Shown here in pieces: positions 40,181-50,289 of a DNA stretch of 56,250 nucleotides. A program made the translations under genes and the position numbers. Every line of letters begins with the position of its first letter. Position 1 is the first letter of the stretch. The DNA comes from Candidatus Hodarchaeum mangrovi (GTDB taxonomy: Archaea > Asgardarchaeota > Heimdallarchaeia > Hodarchaeales > Hodarchaeaceae): contig JAEOUE010000054.1 of the NCBI GenBank assembly GCA_016839515.1, positions 1-56,250 on the forward strand, written 5' to 3'. The notes under the pieces are model-generated. The model was given only the letters and a program-made list of their open reading frames with translations. It did not search any database and was not told the origin of the DNA.

Positions 40181-41473
40181 TTAACTCTGGTCATTACTTA
40201 ACTTTTCTGATGGTTGTACTTCATCAACCTTTCTTTTAAGCAAATTTGAGGCGTTATCTCTTAATTCGGATACCATTATTCCTGCTTCACGATAGAGAGA
40301 AGTTACCTGATCTAAATCGAAAAAGAGATCATTCCTTAGCCATTTGTGTTTACGAAATTTATATAGCTGAATCGATGCAACTCGTGATTCAATCTGAGGG
40401 ATGTCTTTAACAAGTAGCTGATTTATTTCATCTTTTGAAATCTTTAATAATTTTCCAAATACTTCTTCTACGAAAACTTTACAAGTCTCGAGTTCTGTTT
40501 TGATTTTAGCTAATTCTCCTCTATATTCAGCGATGATAGGTTCTCTAACAGCTTTTACCTTCTGAACAATTAATTCATTTTCAATATTAAAGAGATACTC
40601 ATCAAATAGCTGAATAGCTACTAGTCTATCTCCCCCAGACATTTTTTCGACCTCTGATATCACATCACCTTCAGAGAACTTCTTTAATGCTTCTATCGCT
40701 TTTGTCTGCACTTCCACATCTGTATCTTGAGTAGATTTAAGTAAAGGAATAATAGATACTTTTTCTTTTATTTTCCCTAATGCCTCGGCTGCATTTGCAC
40801 GTGTTTCTTTATCGAAATCCTTTAATGTTTGAATTAAAATATCCACAGCCTGTTGATCCCCAAATTCTCCTAAGGACCAGGTAATTTTCCGTTTTGCATA
40901 ATTATCTTTCTCTTTAGCCAGTGTCTCTTTTAAAGAGTTAATAGAGGCTTTATATCTAATTTTTCCGAGCGCATAGGCTGCATTTTCTCTGATTTCAGAA
41001 TGATCTCGAGTTGATAATGCTTCAACTAATGCAGGCCCAGCTTCAAGGGCAACAGAACCCATTTCTCCAAACTGTTTAGCTATCATTGCACGAAAATCTG
41101 GATCATCATCTTTTTGTAAATACTCTATTAGAGGTTTGATAGTACTTTTATCTGCAATCTCTCCTAATGCTTCTACAGCTCCAAAGCGGACGGTCCAATA
41201 ATCAATAGCAGGATCTAAAGCTGCTAAAATCTTTGGGATAGCCATTTGGGAATGATTTAGTCCCAAATCTACTAATTGATTTACTGCTGAAGTTCGAATC
41301 AATAATTGATTGCTCTCTAAAGCTCTAATCATCACATCACATAAAACATCTGGGGGTAATTCTTGATCATCAGGGATCTGCATTATTCTTCTCAATTCAG
41401 GATCAATCTGTTCAGGATCATCTTTTTCATCAGGAACCATCGAGAGAACACCTGTTTGTGAGTTCTTTAACAA
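40181..41473 (-). CDS. HEAT (PBS-lyase-like) repeat protein with helical C-terminus
   Basis: Repeated VR..A..ALG.I units. Confidence 0.9.
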   Translation of the reverse strand: MLKNSQTGVLSMVPDEKDDPEQIDPELRRIMQIPDDQELPPDVLCDVMIRALESNQLLIRTSAVNQLVDLGLNHSQMAIPKILAALDPAIDYWTVRFGAVEALGEIADKSTIKPLIEYLQKDDDPDFRAMIAKQFGEMGSVALEAGPALVEALSTRDHSEIRENAAYALGKIRYKASINSLKETLAKEKDNYAKRKITWSLGEFGDQQAVDILIQTLKDFDKETRANAAEALGKIKEKVSIIPLLKSTQDTDVEVQTKAIEALKKFSEGDVISEVEKMSGGDRLVAIQLFDEYLFNIENELIVQKVKAVREPIIAEYRGELAKIKTELETCKVFVEEVFGKLLKISKDEINQLLVKDIPQIESRVASIQLYKFRKHKWLRNDLFFDLDQVTSLYREAGIMVSELRDNASNLLKRKVDEVQPSEKLSNDQS

Positions 41474-41659
41474 TCATTATATTGAAGAAGAGTACTATTA
41501 AATCTTTTTTTCTTCTTTGTTTAAAGAGATTTACAAATCAAATTGAAAAATAAATAAGTTGTCATAACCTAGAAAGTGTTTTTTTATTTCTAGATAACAA
41601 AATCTTAAGAATAATTAAGAGGAAAAAAAGGTAATTCACTAAAAATTTGATTTAATCCT

Positions 41660-42142
41660 TTAACCGATTCTAACTTCAACTATTTGTTGCTTAGTTCTTA
41701 ATTTAGTTGATAAGAATCGTCCTTCTGAAGATGAAAGCTCTAACATTAATGGGCTATCCATCCAAGAACATCGTATTGAGGTTCCTTCGAATGAATGGTC
41801 TGTAAATTCGGGATTCCCTCTTATGATGACTGGTTCTTGAAATTCTAACCCACTTTCACCCTCCTTAATTCCTATAGAAAAAACTGATAGTGCAATACCT
41901 CTTTTCATCATACTGGAGACATTTTCTTCAATTTCTATAGCTTGATTTTCGATATTCCAAGAAATCCGAGCTCTTATCCGGCGAGGTTCAGGCTGTTCAA
42001 TGTTGATAAATCTCATTCCAGTGATAAAAAACCCTGTTCTATTGCGTCCATCTTCATCTTTTAATCCCTTTACATTAAGGTGGCTATCTGTCCCTATAAT
42101 TGGGTATAGCTCGATCTTCTTGATTTCGTCTATCCTTGTCAT
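41660..42142 (-). CDS. Hypothetical beta-rich protein
   Basis: 160-aa ORF with GAGG before the ATG; downstream of the aminotransferase. Confidence 0.7.
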   Translation of the reverse strand: MTRIDEIKKIELYPIIGTDSHLNVKGLKDEDGRNRTGFFITGMRFINIEQPEPRRIRARISWNIENQAIEIEENVSSMMKRGIALSVFSIGIKEGESGLEFQEPVIIRGNPEFTDHSFEGTSIRCSWMDSPLMLELSSSEGRFLSTKLRTKQQIVEVRIG

Positions 42143-42166
42143 CCTCTACACATCTCATTTGTAATT

Positions 42167-43345
42167 CTATGGAATTTTTTTAAGAAATTTTTCCACTAAA
42201 TCTAATGCAATTGTCATTTCATCTTCTTGAGGGAGAACTACAGATCGAAAATGACTTTTCCCTAACTCTCCAAAGCCACTTCCAAATACAAATAATACTC
42301 CTGTTTCTTTTAATAGTTCTAGAACGAATTGACGATCAGGTATTTTTTTCTCAATTTTAGGAAAAGCATAGAATGCTCCTTCGGGAGGAGAAACTGATAA
42401 CCCATCCATCTCATTTATTCTTTTGACGAAATATAATGCGCGGTTTTCTATTTTCTTTTTAACATTGGGAAGAAAATCCATTGGTTTATTCAAAATTTCA
42501 CTTACTGCAATCTGGATTGGAGAATTTGAACATAATCTTATTCGTGATTGTTTGGCCATAGCTTCCCAAAAATTAGTATATTTCTCGTCATCATCTCTCA
42601 AGTTTGCCCATCCTAGTCGCCATCCTGGAGATAAAAATGTTTTTGAAATACCATTCAATTCCAAAACGGGAAGATCAGTTAATGAAGCTGTTGATTTAAA
42701 ATTATCTTTAAAGCTTAAGAGATCATAAATCTCATCAGAAATTATCAGAAGATCATTCTCCCCAGCTACATTAGTGATTTCTTTTACAACTTTAGGAGGA
42801 TATACTGCCCCTGTTGGATTGTTAGGATTGATTAGAAGAATTGCTCTCGTTTTTGAGGTTAATTTGTTTCTAATATCATCAATATCAGGATACCAATGGT
42901 TTTTTTCATCATTATTGTATTGAATTGGATTTATATTATAAAAATTGAAATACGAAAGATAAGAAGGATATATTGGGGAAGGAACTAACACTTCAATGCT
43001 CGGAGCCATACTAGCTGCGATAAATGATATAGCTTCAGAAACACCCGTTGTCACTAGGATTTTTTCTGGATTAAGTTTAGTACCCCACAATCTTTCTTGT
43101 CTATCAGCAATCGCCTTTCTTAGATTTTGATTTCCTGCAGAATCACTATAGGCGTTAGCAAATGGTTCATTTAAGGCTTTTATTAAAGCAGATTTTAAAT
43201 AGTTAGGTGTATCAAAATCAAATTTATCGGGATCTCCTATATTAAAATAATATAGTTTTTTTCCCTTTTTTTCAACCTCTTTTGCCGTAGAGACAATATC
43301 CCGAATAGCATATTGAATACGTTCGACATTTGGAGATAATTCCAT
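42167..43345 (-). CDS. PLP-dependent aminotransferase class I/II (alanine aminotransferase-like)
   Basis: YAIRD, FNIGDP, INPNNPTG, SDEIY, GISKTFLSPGWRLG. Confidence 0.92.
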   Translation of the reverse strand: MELSPNVERIQYAIRDIVSTAKEVEKKGKKLYYFNIGDPDKFDFDTPNYLKSALIKALNEPFANAYSDSAGNQNLRKAIADRQERLWGTKLNPEKILVTTGVSEAISFIAASMAPSIEVLVPSPIYPSYLSYFNFYNINPIQYNNDEKNHWYPDIDDIRNKLTSKTRAILLINPNNPTGAVYPPKVVKEITNVAGENDLLIISDEIYDLLSFKDNFKSTASLTDLPVLELNGISKTFLSPGWRLGWANLRDDDEKYTNFWEAMAKQSRIRLCSNSPIQIAVSEILNKPMDFLPNVKKKIENRALYFVKRINEMDGLSVSPPEGAFYAFPKIEKKIPDRQFVLELLKETGVLFVFGSGFGELGKSHFRSVVLPQEDEMTIALDLVEKFLKKIP

Positions 43346-43626
43346 ATATTGACCATCTCTACTAATGTAATATCCATAATTATTGGGGTTACTTTACTTA
43401 AAAACTAAATGCAGTGATATAATATTATTTAATAAGATTATAATGGTATAATTATCTTATTTGGAGGTATTGCCCAACATTCCTATAAGTTTTACCCATC
43501 GCGATATTTGTACCTTGAACAAATTGATTCCTTTATTGAAAATTCGTAAATCTTATTTACATACACTTTTTATTTGAAGATAAATTCCTTATATAAGCTA
43601 ATGTATCAGACTGGGAAGGTAACTGA

Positions 43627-44310
43627 ATGTCAACAGATGTTGAATCTTTATCCGTGGTAATCGCTTCAATTGTGGATTTAGGAGCTAAAATTTGTGTCTT
43701 ATCCGATGAATCTGGTTTACCTATAATTACACGCTCAAAAGTAGATAACGAAGATGTAGAACTAGCTTTAAGTGCATTAAGTAGTCTTGTTACCTCTACA
43801 GGAGATACGATATCGCGTGAACTTTCAGGGGCTTTTGTTAATATGACAGTGAGGACAACAGGAGGATTACTCCTTTCAACTGTAATTAATTCAACTCCAA
43901 AGGTTGTATTAACTGCAATAGTTGATGAAAACCTCGAAACGACAATTATTCATGAAATGAATCGGCTAGAACCAACAATTGCGAATGCTATAGTAGGAAT
44001 TGCAGTCGAAATTAAAGAGAGGGAAAAATTGCAATCAACGGATTCGCGAAGAGTTTCCTCTTTCTTTGATTCATTTGCTGCTAAAATTAAAAATGCTGAT
44101 TCAGCTCAAGGTATGGTAAATATAATTAGATCGAGCAAAGATGATCTATTCACCCTTATTTATTCAGGGACTATTTCCTATGAAATGAATCGTTTTGCTT
44201 TAAATCTCGAAAAATTGTCTCGTAGTAAAACAATAACTCAGGAAAGTTTAATTAAGATTAAAGAAGAAATTTTAAAGTCAGTTGAAAATTGGAAATCAAG
44301 ACTCTCTTAA
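43627..44310 (+). CDS. Roadblock/LC7 domain fused to a helical C-terminal domain
   Basis: VLSDESGLPI...LALSALSS..beta strands; about 90-aa helical tail. Confidence 0.8.
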   Translation: MSTDVESLSVVIASIVDLGAKICVLSDESGLPIITRSKVDNEDVELALSALSSLVTSTGDTISRELSGAFVNMTVRTTGGLLLSTVINSTPKVVLTAIVDENLETTIIHEMNRLEPTIANAIVGIAVEIKEREKLQSTDSRRVSSFFDSFAAKIKNADSAQGMVNIIRSSKDDLFTLIYSGTISYEMNRFALNLEKLSRSKTITQESLIKIKEEILKSVENWKSRLS

Positions 44311-44857
44311 GTGATACAACTTTAAAGAACATAACATTAAGATTGACTTGGAAACCTAGAATAAAATAATTATTCTCCAATATTTTGATAACCTATGCAA
44401 AGAGCTTTATATTATCATTAAAAACTTGTTTTTAAAGGAAAAGGAAAAAATGTTAGAAATCTAATTTTATCGGAGGTTTAGTCACTTTTTAAATAAAAAA
44501 CTATTTAGATAATAGAGATAATGGCTTTAAATCAGTAAAAAACGATATTTCCTATTTAGAGTCTTACATTGATTTTTATGATATGCATTTCAATGTTACT
44601 TACCTCAGAAGAAGTAATATCATCTAGCCTTTTCCTCGAAATAGTGGTTTGATAGGGATAAATTGTTGAAGCTACTTGATGTGTATTACATCAGTTGAGT
44701 AACTCGAGTTAGAACTTATTCATAGATACGATAATGCGAAGGAACATGATGCATTATCATGCTTTTACTTTGATACCATTAGCAAAATAAGTCATAAATT
44801 AAAAGAAAAAACGGTCTATTTAACTCTGTTTTCTTAAAAAAAGGAAATGTATAAACA

Positions 44858-44871
44858 GGAAACCTTATAAG
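44858..44871 (+). promoter_or_regulatory. BRE/TATA-like promoter with no downstream ORF
   Basis: GGAAACCTTATAAG, matching the motifs at 28177 and 47908. Confidence 0.5.
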
Positions 44872-44895
44872 AAAGAAGGTATATTGGTTAAATAA

Positions 44896-44960
44896 GAAAA
44901 GAAAAGCGATTGTTCAATAACTTACTCTTCTTAAGGTTACTGCAACCGACTTTTCTTTTC
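44896..44960. ncRNA. Candidate small hairpin RNA
   Basis: GAAAAGAAAAG...CTTTTCTTTTC perfect 11-bp arms with an imperfect inner stem; begins about 25 nt after the TATA. Confidence 0.35.
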
Positions 44961-45163
44961 ACCTTTTCTCCCTTCATAAGTATTTTAGCATCTGATGCAA
45001 ATTTTTATTTTAATTTTCTATATTCCTAACATTCTTGATTGAAATATCGAACTATTTTTTAATAATCTGATTTATCAACTTTAATAATCCATATTCTTTA
45101 AAATAGGAATTTTTCTCACTATAATTTTGGTCTAGATAATCCTCCTAATAATAAGGTTAGTTC

Positions 45164-45853
45164 TTACTCTGCAGAAAGTTTTTGTACGAAATTCATAACT
45201 TGACCTGCGTTTTCAGGTGCTTCTTTTTGAATTCCACAGCTTGGACAAACTGAATATTCAATTTGTAAACTTTTTCCCCAATAATTAATCTGATATTTTC
45301 CCTTATGATAAATACCCCCACAACTACACATGTCGCTGAGAACTTCTTCAAAGAAAGGTAATATTTCTTTTATTTGACTAACTACTTTCCTAAGGTAAAT
45401 AGAGGGATTTCCAATGGCATGGATACTTTTCGGTTCAAATCTAGTTTCTAAAAAGGTTATTTCTTTTAAAAAATTGTAATTTGATAAGAATTCTTCACTC
45501 ACCAAAGTTGGAATTAATACCCCATTTGTTACAAAGATATAATGGATATTTTCTAGACCTTTACCTTTAAGTGCCGATAAACTCTCATTCAAAGAGTAAT
45601 CTCCATGAAAATGAGCAACCAAATCATCAAATTGAACACTTTTCACAAAAGTTTTATATGAATTGGCGTCTAATGTTAATATATCAGCAACATATCCATC
45701 AATATAAGGAATAAGAGATTTCAAATCTTCTCTCGATGATAAGGGGTTTGGAGTCCTTGTCAACACGTGATGTGCGATTCTATGGCTGTTGATTTTTAGA
45801 TAATCAATAATTACTTGTAAATACAGAAATCGATCACGGTTTACATCTTGCAT
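45164..45853 (-). CDS. Hypothetical protein with C-terminal zinc ribbon
   Basis: CSCGG...CPSCG; AGGAGT SD. Confidence 0.75.
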   Translation of the reverse strand: MQDVNRDRFLYLQVIIDYLKINSHRIAHHVLTRTPNPLSSREDLKSLIPYIDGYVADILTLDANSYKTFVKSVQFDDLVAHFHGDYSLNESLSALKGKGLENIHYIFVTNGVLIPTLVSEEFLSNYNFLKEITFLETRFEPKSIHAIGNPSIYLRKVVSQIKEILPFFEEVLSDMCSCGGIYHKGKYQINYWGKSLQIEYSVCPSCGIQKEAPENAGQVMNFVQKLSAE

Positions 45854-46039
45854 ATCTGTTTACTCCTAAATTTTTAATCAAAAAGAATAATGTAGCTTTA
45901 TTGTAAAATTATAATGATTTACAGCTACATTCTTCATCTAAAACTAATCAAACGATCATTATACGGAAAATGATACCAAGTTTTCCTCTACTAATTAATA
46001 GAATAGTATTAATTTAATTTATCAACATTTGGATTTATT

Positions 46040-46087
46040 AATACAACATGTTGTATTTTTAATTTACATGTGAAAAGTATTTTCACA
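46040..46087. promoter_or_regulatory. Palindromic operator candidates
   Basis: Perfect 18-bp palindrome AATACAACATGTTGTATT (46040-46057) and TGTGAAAA-gta-TTTTCACA (46069-46087). Confidence 0.45.
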
Positions 46088-46107
46088 ATTTCAATCTGGG
46101 TAGCCAT

Positions 46108-47259
46108 ATGCAAGAATTAAGAGATTCTAAACGAGTTTTGATTATTGGATATGAAGTAGGATCACTAGTCCGCTCGATTAAGTCCAAATTCCCAGATATA
46201 CAAATTGGATCCGTTGATCTTATGGGTAATCTTGAAGTAAGAAAATATGCGAATTGGAAATTTTCAGTTGTTAAACAGGCAGTTAAAGAAGAGATTTCTA
46301 CTCCAGATCAGCGCTCTATTGACCAATACCTTTTTGAATTGACTCTTATTATGATCGAGGAAATAGAATTTGATTTTTTAATAGCATGTTCGCCTTTCCA
46401 TAGAGATGCAAAACAATTCTCCTCTATTGCAAATAACATAAAGAATTCTTTTCCATTTAAAAGTACAACTCAGTTATTTCTCTCTGATTATGATTTTTTT
46501 AAGAAAATTAGAGAAGAATCAATAATTCAATCAAATTTCATAATCCAATCAGCTTCTGAGCTAGAAATTATAGAAACTAATCCAATAATTTTTCTCTGTC
46601 CTGAAAATTCATTTTATATTCCATCCCAAGCTATATTGCAGAAGATTCAAAAAAATTATAGCGGGATTACTGTACCCGCTTCTAGGATTCATTCTATAGC
46701 ATTTATGAAGAGCCAAAAACAAGTAATTTGCTTAGGTCTCCAAACCTTAGTTGAACCAAATAATCATCAATCTCTCCTCTATCCATTAGAAAAAAACGCT
46801 TTATTCCCTTTTATTACTACTAGTAATTTAACACAGGATTCAATTATTAATAGTTTCAAGAGAATAATCCATTTTCTGGAAATTACTGGCTTTTACACCA
46901 TTTATTTCACAATAAAAGATAATGAATTATTTCCATTTTCAATTGTACCTACCTTTGATGAAAATTTTCGCCTTTGGGAATTAAAATTAGGTCGTAGTAT
47001 AATCCAAAGTTTCATTAAGGATACTTTTAATCGAAAAATTAAAAGTTATGGATTAAAACTCCCTATCTATTTCCCTAACTCTAAATTAGTGCCAAAAATC
47101 CCATTTAGGATTGCTTCACACATTAGTATTCCTGGTACTTATTCTCACCCTCATTATCCAATTTGTAAAATTTTTGAGGTTGCTTCTACAGTTGATAAAT
47201 TACAACATCGTATGAATAAAAGAAAAAAAATTCTTTATTCACGTTTTGGTTCAGAATAA
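46108..47259 (+). CDS. Divergent ATP-grasp-like protein
   Basis: N-terminal VDLMGNLE and C-terminal IPGT....YPIC resemble archaeal ATP-grasp carboligases; core motifs are eroded. Confidence 0.5.
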   Translation: MQELRDSKRVLIIGYEVGSLVRSIKSKFPDIQIGSVDLMGNLEVRKYANWKFSVVKQAVKEEISTPDQRSIDQYLFELTLIMIEEIEFDFLIACSPFHRDAKQFSSIANNIKNSFPFKSTTQLFLSDYDFFKKIREESIIQSNFIIQSASELEIIETNPIIFLCPENSFYIPSQAILQKIQKNYSGITVPASRIHSIAFMKSQKQVICLGLQTLVEPNNHQSLLYPLEKNALFPFITTSNLTQDSIINSFKRIIHFLEITGFYTIYFTIKDNELFPFSIVPTFDENFRLWELKLGRSIIQSFIKDTFNRKIKSYGLKLPIYFPNSKLVPKIPFRIASHISIPGTYSHPHYPICKIFEVASTVDKLQHRMNKRKKILYSRFGSE

Positions 47260-47260
47260 A

Positions 47261-47539
47261 TCATTGATTCCCGGTACTAGGTACTGAAGGTGAGTTCATT
47301 ATTTCAGAATCCCAAGATTTATCCTTTAACTCTAACCATGTAGGCTTATACAAACCCAATTCAATGGCAAGAATAAGATCTTTTTCAGTTTGCTCTATTT
47401 TTTCAACAAATCGTGAATAGATGCGGGAAACATTATTCTCATGAGAAATACCATATTTTTGGGCTAATTCAGCATTCTTCTGGTTTTCTAGAACCTTTCC
47501 TTTAGCGATCTCCCATTCTATATCACGGATAGGGGGCAA
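47261..47539 (-). CDS. Small HTH protein
   Basis: KNAELAQKYGISHENNVSRIY; TTG start with AGGTGG. Confidence 0.7.
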   Translation of the reverse strand: MPPIRDIEWEIAKGKVLENQKNAELAQKYGISHENNVSRIYSRFVEKIEQTEKDLILAIELGLYKPTWLELKDKSWDSEIMNSPSVPSTGNQ

Positions 47540-47955
47540 CTTTTTCCACCTTTAAAATGAATAATGATCACTTCATTTTAAGTATTATAAATAAACTGAA
47601 AGATAGATATTGTAATCTATTTTAAATCCTTGGTCATATGCAATAGTATTTTTGAATGAAACAAACTGCTGAAATGATTTGAAAAAGGTGACAAAACTTG
47701 AATCATCAGAATTTTGGTCTTTTCAGGTTTTTGTTCATTTTAAAGAGTTTTTAATAATTTATTTATTCTAAAAATCTTGGAAGATCAAGTTTAAGAAAAT
47801 CATTTATTTTTTTACCACTATTTGCTAAAATAAGAAAAATTCTTAATTTAAAACAAAAAATCTAATTCCATAGAGGTGCTCTAATTCCTATTAAAGCCGA
47901 AAAATATGGAAACCTTTAATAAGGCAACGATTTAAGAGTCTCCCAGTGATCGAAT

Positions 47956-48360
47956 GTGGTTGGTATAAACTTAGAAGAGAACCTTCCCAAGGAAGCCTTT
48001 AAAAAATGTTCCCCAGAGCTAGCTTTTCGGTTTTTTGGGAGTAATGGAAAAGTTCTAGCTACAATTACCAATCTTCCCGAATTGATCTCAATTCTTCCTG
48101 AGATTCCAGCAACTATTGCTCAATTTCATGTCTTTAGAGAAACTACTTATGATTTTTTTGAGGACCGTGAGTTAGATGGCCCAGTTATAAGGTCTGATTT
48201 AGCGTTATGGATTAATTATGTCTTGGGAGATGTTGAATTATCACGTCGAATTTATGATATCGGTAAATCAATAAAAGATGCACAGCTGCTAAAAGAAACT
48301 GTTATAGAAGTACTTCGTAAACGTGAACAAGAATTAATGAATTTTATTCGTTCTCTATAA
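47956..48360 (+). CDS. DUF5752-like protein
   Basis: AFRF..., L.EL...L..I, FH, SDLALWINYVLGDVELSRRI. Confidence 0.65.
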   Translation: MVGINLEENLPKEAFKKCSPELAFRFFGSNGKVLATITNLPELISILPEIPATIAQFHVFRETTYDFFEDRELDGPVIRSDLALWINYVLGDVELSRRIYDIGKSIKDAQLLKETVIEVLRKREQELMNFIRSL

Positions 48361-48545
48361 GCCTATAACGAATTCACCTTTTTATTCTTTAAATTTTTTT
48401 AGTTTCCTAGCCATTTGGTTTTTCTAATTCCCTCAAAATTCTTATTTCTAACGCAACAATTTTACTACAAACTTTCAAAAATAATATGAGAATCCAATTA
48501 TTTTGTTGAAACATTCAATTTCTTAAAGCCATTAATAATTATCAA

Positions 48546-49817
48546 GTGATTATAATGTCCTTTTTAAAAAAATTCTTTCAACCTAATCCAGAGCTTGATC
48601 TAGAGAAAGGCCAAGAAGCATATTCGAAAAAACAATATAAATTGGCCTTAAAATCATTTCAAAAGGCATATAAACATTTTCAAAAGCAAGGAGCTTTAGA
48701 AAATCAGATTATTTGTTTGGATAATGCTGCATTGAGCGCAGAGAAAGCTGAAATGCATGAACTTTCCCTTACATTATATTATGACCTACTAGATTCTCGT
48801 CTTAACTCCAAATACACCATTAAAGAGATCTTAAAAGATATAGAGCGGGGATTATTAATGGCTCGTATAAGTAAAAATCCTCCTATCTCAAAGTTTAAAT
48901 TTGAATATATGAAATTTCTTATTCATCTTGCTGAAAAAGACTTCAAGTTCTTAGCTATAATGTATAAAAAACTTAAATTTAATCCTAAGGATGAATATTC
49001 TAATTCTATACAGGTAAGTTGGAATCTTATTCACTCAAGTGATACATTTCTAGAGAAGAAAAACCTTCCAAAAACTGGTCTTCCATTCGGCTTTGCAACA
49101 ATTTTAAAAACTGCAGAACTTGTAATGCAGAGGTGTTCTTTATGTGAAGTTGAAATATCTCTTACTAATCTAGAGATGAAAGACCAAATTCAAAAAGGTG
49201 AAGAATTTTCCGTCTCTGCGAAGCTTACAGCCTATGCACCTTTAGCCATCAAAACATTAAATTTAAAAACCACTAATTTCAGGTTGATTAGTTCAACAAT
49301 GCCTGAGCTCCCTTTAAAAATGAGTACTGGGGAAAATTATACAGGCATTTTTACTTTAATACCAAATCTACCTGGAAAATGGGAAATTGGACCAATATCA
49401 TTACAATATATTATTCCTTCGGAAGAAGGTGATTATCCAGGTTTATCAAATACCCTTTCTATTAATGTTAATGATGCTACCCCAGCTCTTAAAATAAAAA
49501 TGGAATCAGATACCATAGAAGAAGATTTGGACTATTTTGTAACCATTCGTGCTGAAAATATTGGAAAACTTGCTCTTCAAAATCTAGAAATTAAGGTTCA
49601 AATCCCAAAAGAGGTTGAAATTTATGAAGGTACCTCTGAAAAGTTGATTTCAACTCTTGTCGAAGGCGAAACATTTAATTTTAGCATTGGGGTAAGATTT
49701 AGTTTAGATAAAACTCATTTTGAAGGACATATTCTACGTGCGGAAGGATTTATTGAAAATAATCAAATTAGACTAGCTAAATCATCCATTAAACTTGGGG
49801 GAAGTCACACAGAATAA
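48546..49817 (+). CDS. TPR/alpha-solenoid plus two Ig-like beta-sandwich domains
   Basis: KGQEAY..KQYKLALKSFQKA TPR; C-terminal PGKWEIGPISLQY and ENIGK..L.NL.I beta patterns. Confidence 0.7.
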   Translation: MIIMSFLKKFFQPNPELDLEKGQEAYSKKQYKLALKSFQKAYKHFQKQGALENQIICLDNAALSAEKAEMHELSLTLYYDLLDSRLNSKYTIKEILKDIERGLLMARISKNPPISKFKFEYMKFLIHLAEKDFKFLAIMYKKLKFNPKDEYSNSIQVSWNLIHSSDTFLEKKNLPKTGLPFGFATILKTAELVMQRCSLCEVEISLTNLEMKDQIQKGEEFSVSAKLTAYAPLAIKTLNLKTTNFRLISSTMPELPLKMSTGENYTGIFTLIPNLPGKWEIGPISLQYIIPSEEGDYPGLSNTLSINVNDATPALKIKMESDTIEEDLDYFVTIRAENIGKLALQNLEIKVQIPKEVEIYEGTSEKLISTLVEGETFNFSIGVRFSLDKTHFEGHILRAEGFIENNQIRLAKSSIKLGGSHTE

Positions 49818-49884
49818 TATTCAAGGCAAAATTTTTTCTACAAGAATGCTATTAGAAGAATTTTCTTCTTCAATTACGATAGTG

Positions 49885-50169
49885 TCATTGTATTCTTCTT
49901 AGTGCCGACATCTCTCCCTTGAAAAGGTTAATATTTGCACTATATACTGTCTGACGCATATCTTCGAGGCATGGATGTCTTTCCACATATTCGTTATCCA
50001 AAAGTCGTTTTAGTGCGTATCGAACTGACCGAGTAGAACAGGATACTCTTGACACAATTTCTTTTGAACTTAGAGGCCCTTCTTCTATAATAACGCTGAA
50101 TACTTTTTTACAGGAATCAGGGAGTTCAGCTTCTTCTACTATAGTCTCGACCGTGACAACAACCTCCAA
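49885..50169 (-). CDS. Small winged-helix (MarR-like) regulator, paralog of 19047-19325
   Basis: LPDSC..VF....EEGPLS...STRSVRYALKRL...DMRQ. Confidence 0.85.
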   Translation of the reverse strand: MEVVVTVETIVEEAELPDSCKKVFSVIIEEGPLSSKEIVSRVSCSTRSVRYALKRLLDNEYVERHPCLEDMRQTVYSANINLFKGEMSALRRIQ

Positions 50170-50289
50170 GACTGCTAATGTGCTATTTTACTCGATTAAT
50201 AGGTAGACCCTTTAAATAAGTATTATGGTAAATGCAATTAAAAACATTTCATTGAAAATTATAACGTTCCATGAAATTAATTTCTTAGG

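Noticed and set aside
41660-42142. Faint FHA-like pattern (RRIRARISW..IEIEE..SS)
   Set aside because: The conserved GR, SxxH and NG residues are not properly present
8829-42728. Other nested or antisense ORFs (e.g. 8986, 9847, 17898, 25475, 29376, 37936, 42423)
   Set aside because: They lie inside well-supported genes and have shadow-like composition
44311-44850. Possible pseudogene in the gap after the roadblock gene
   Set aside because: Only very short ORFs, with no recognisable protein remnant
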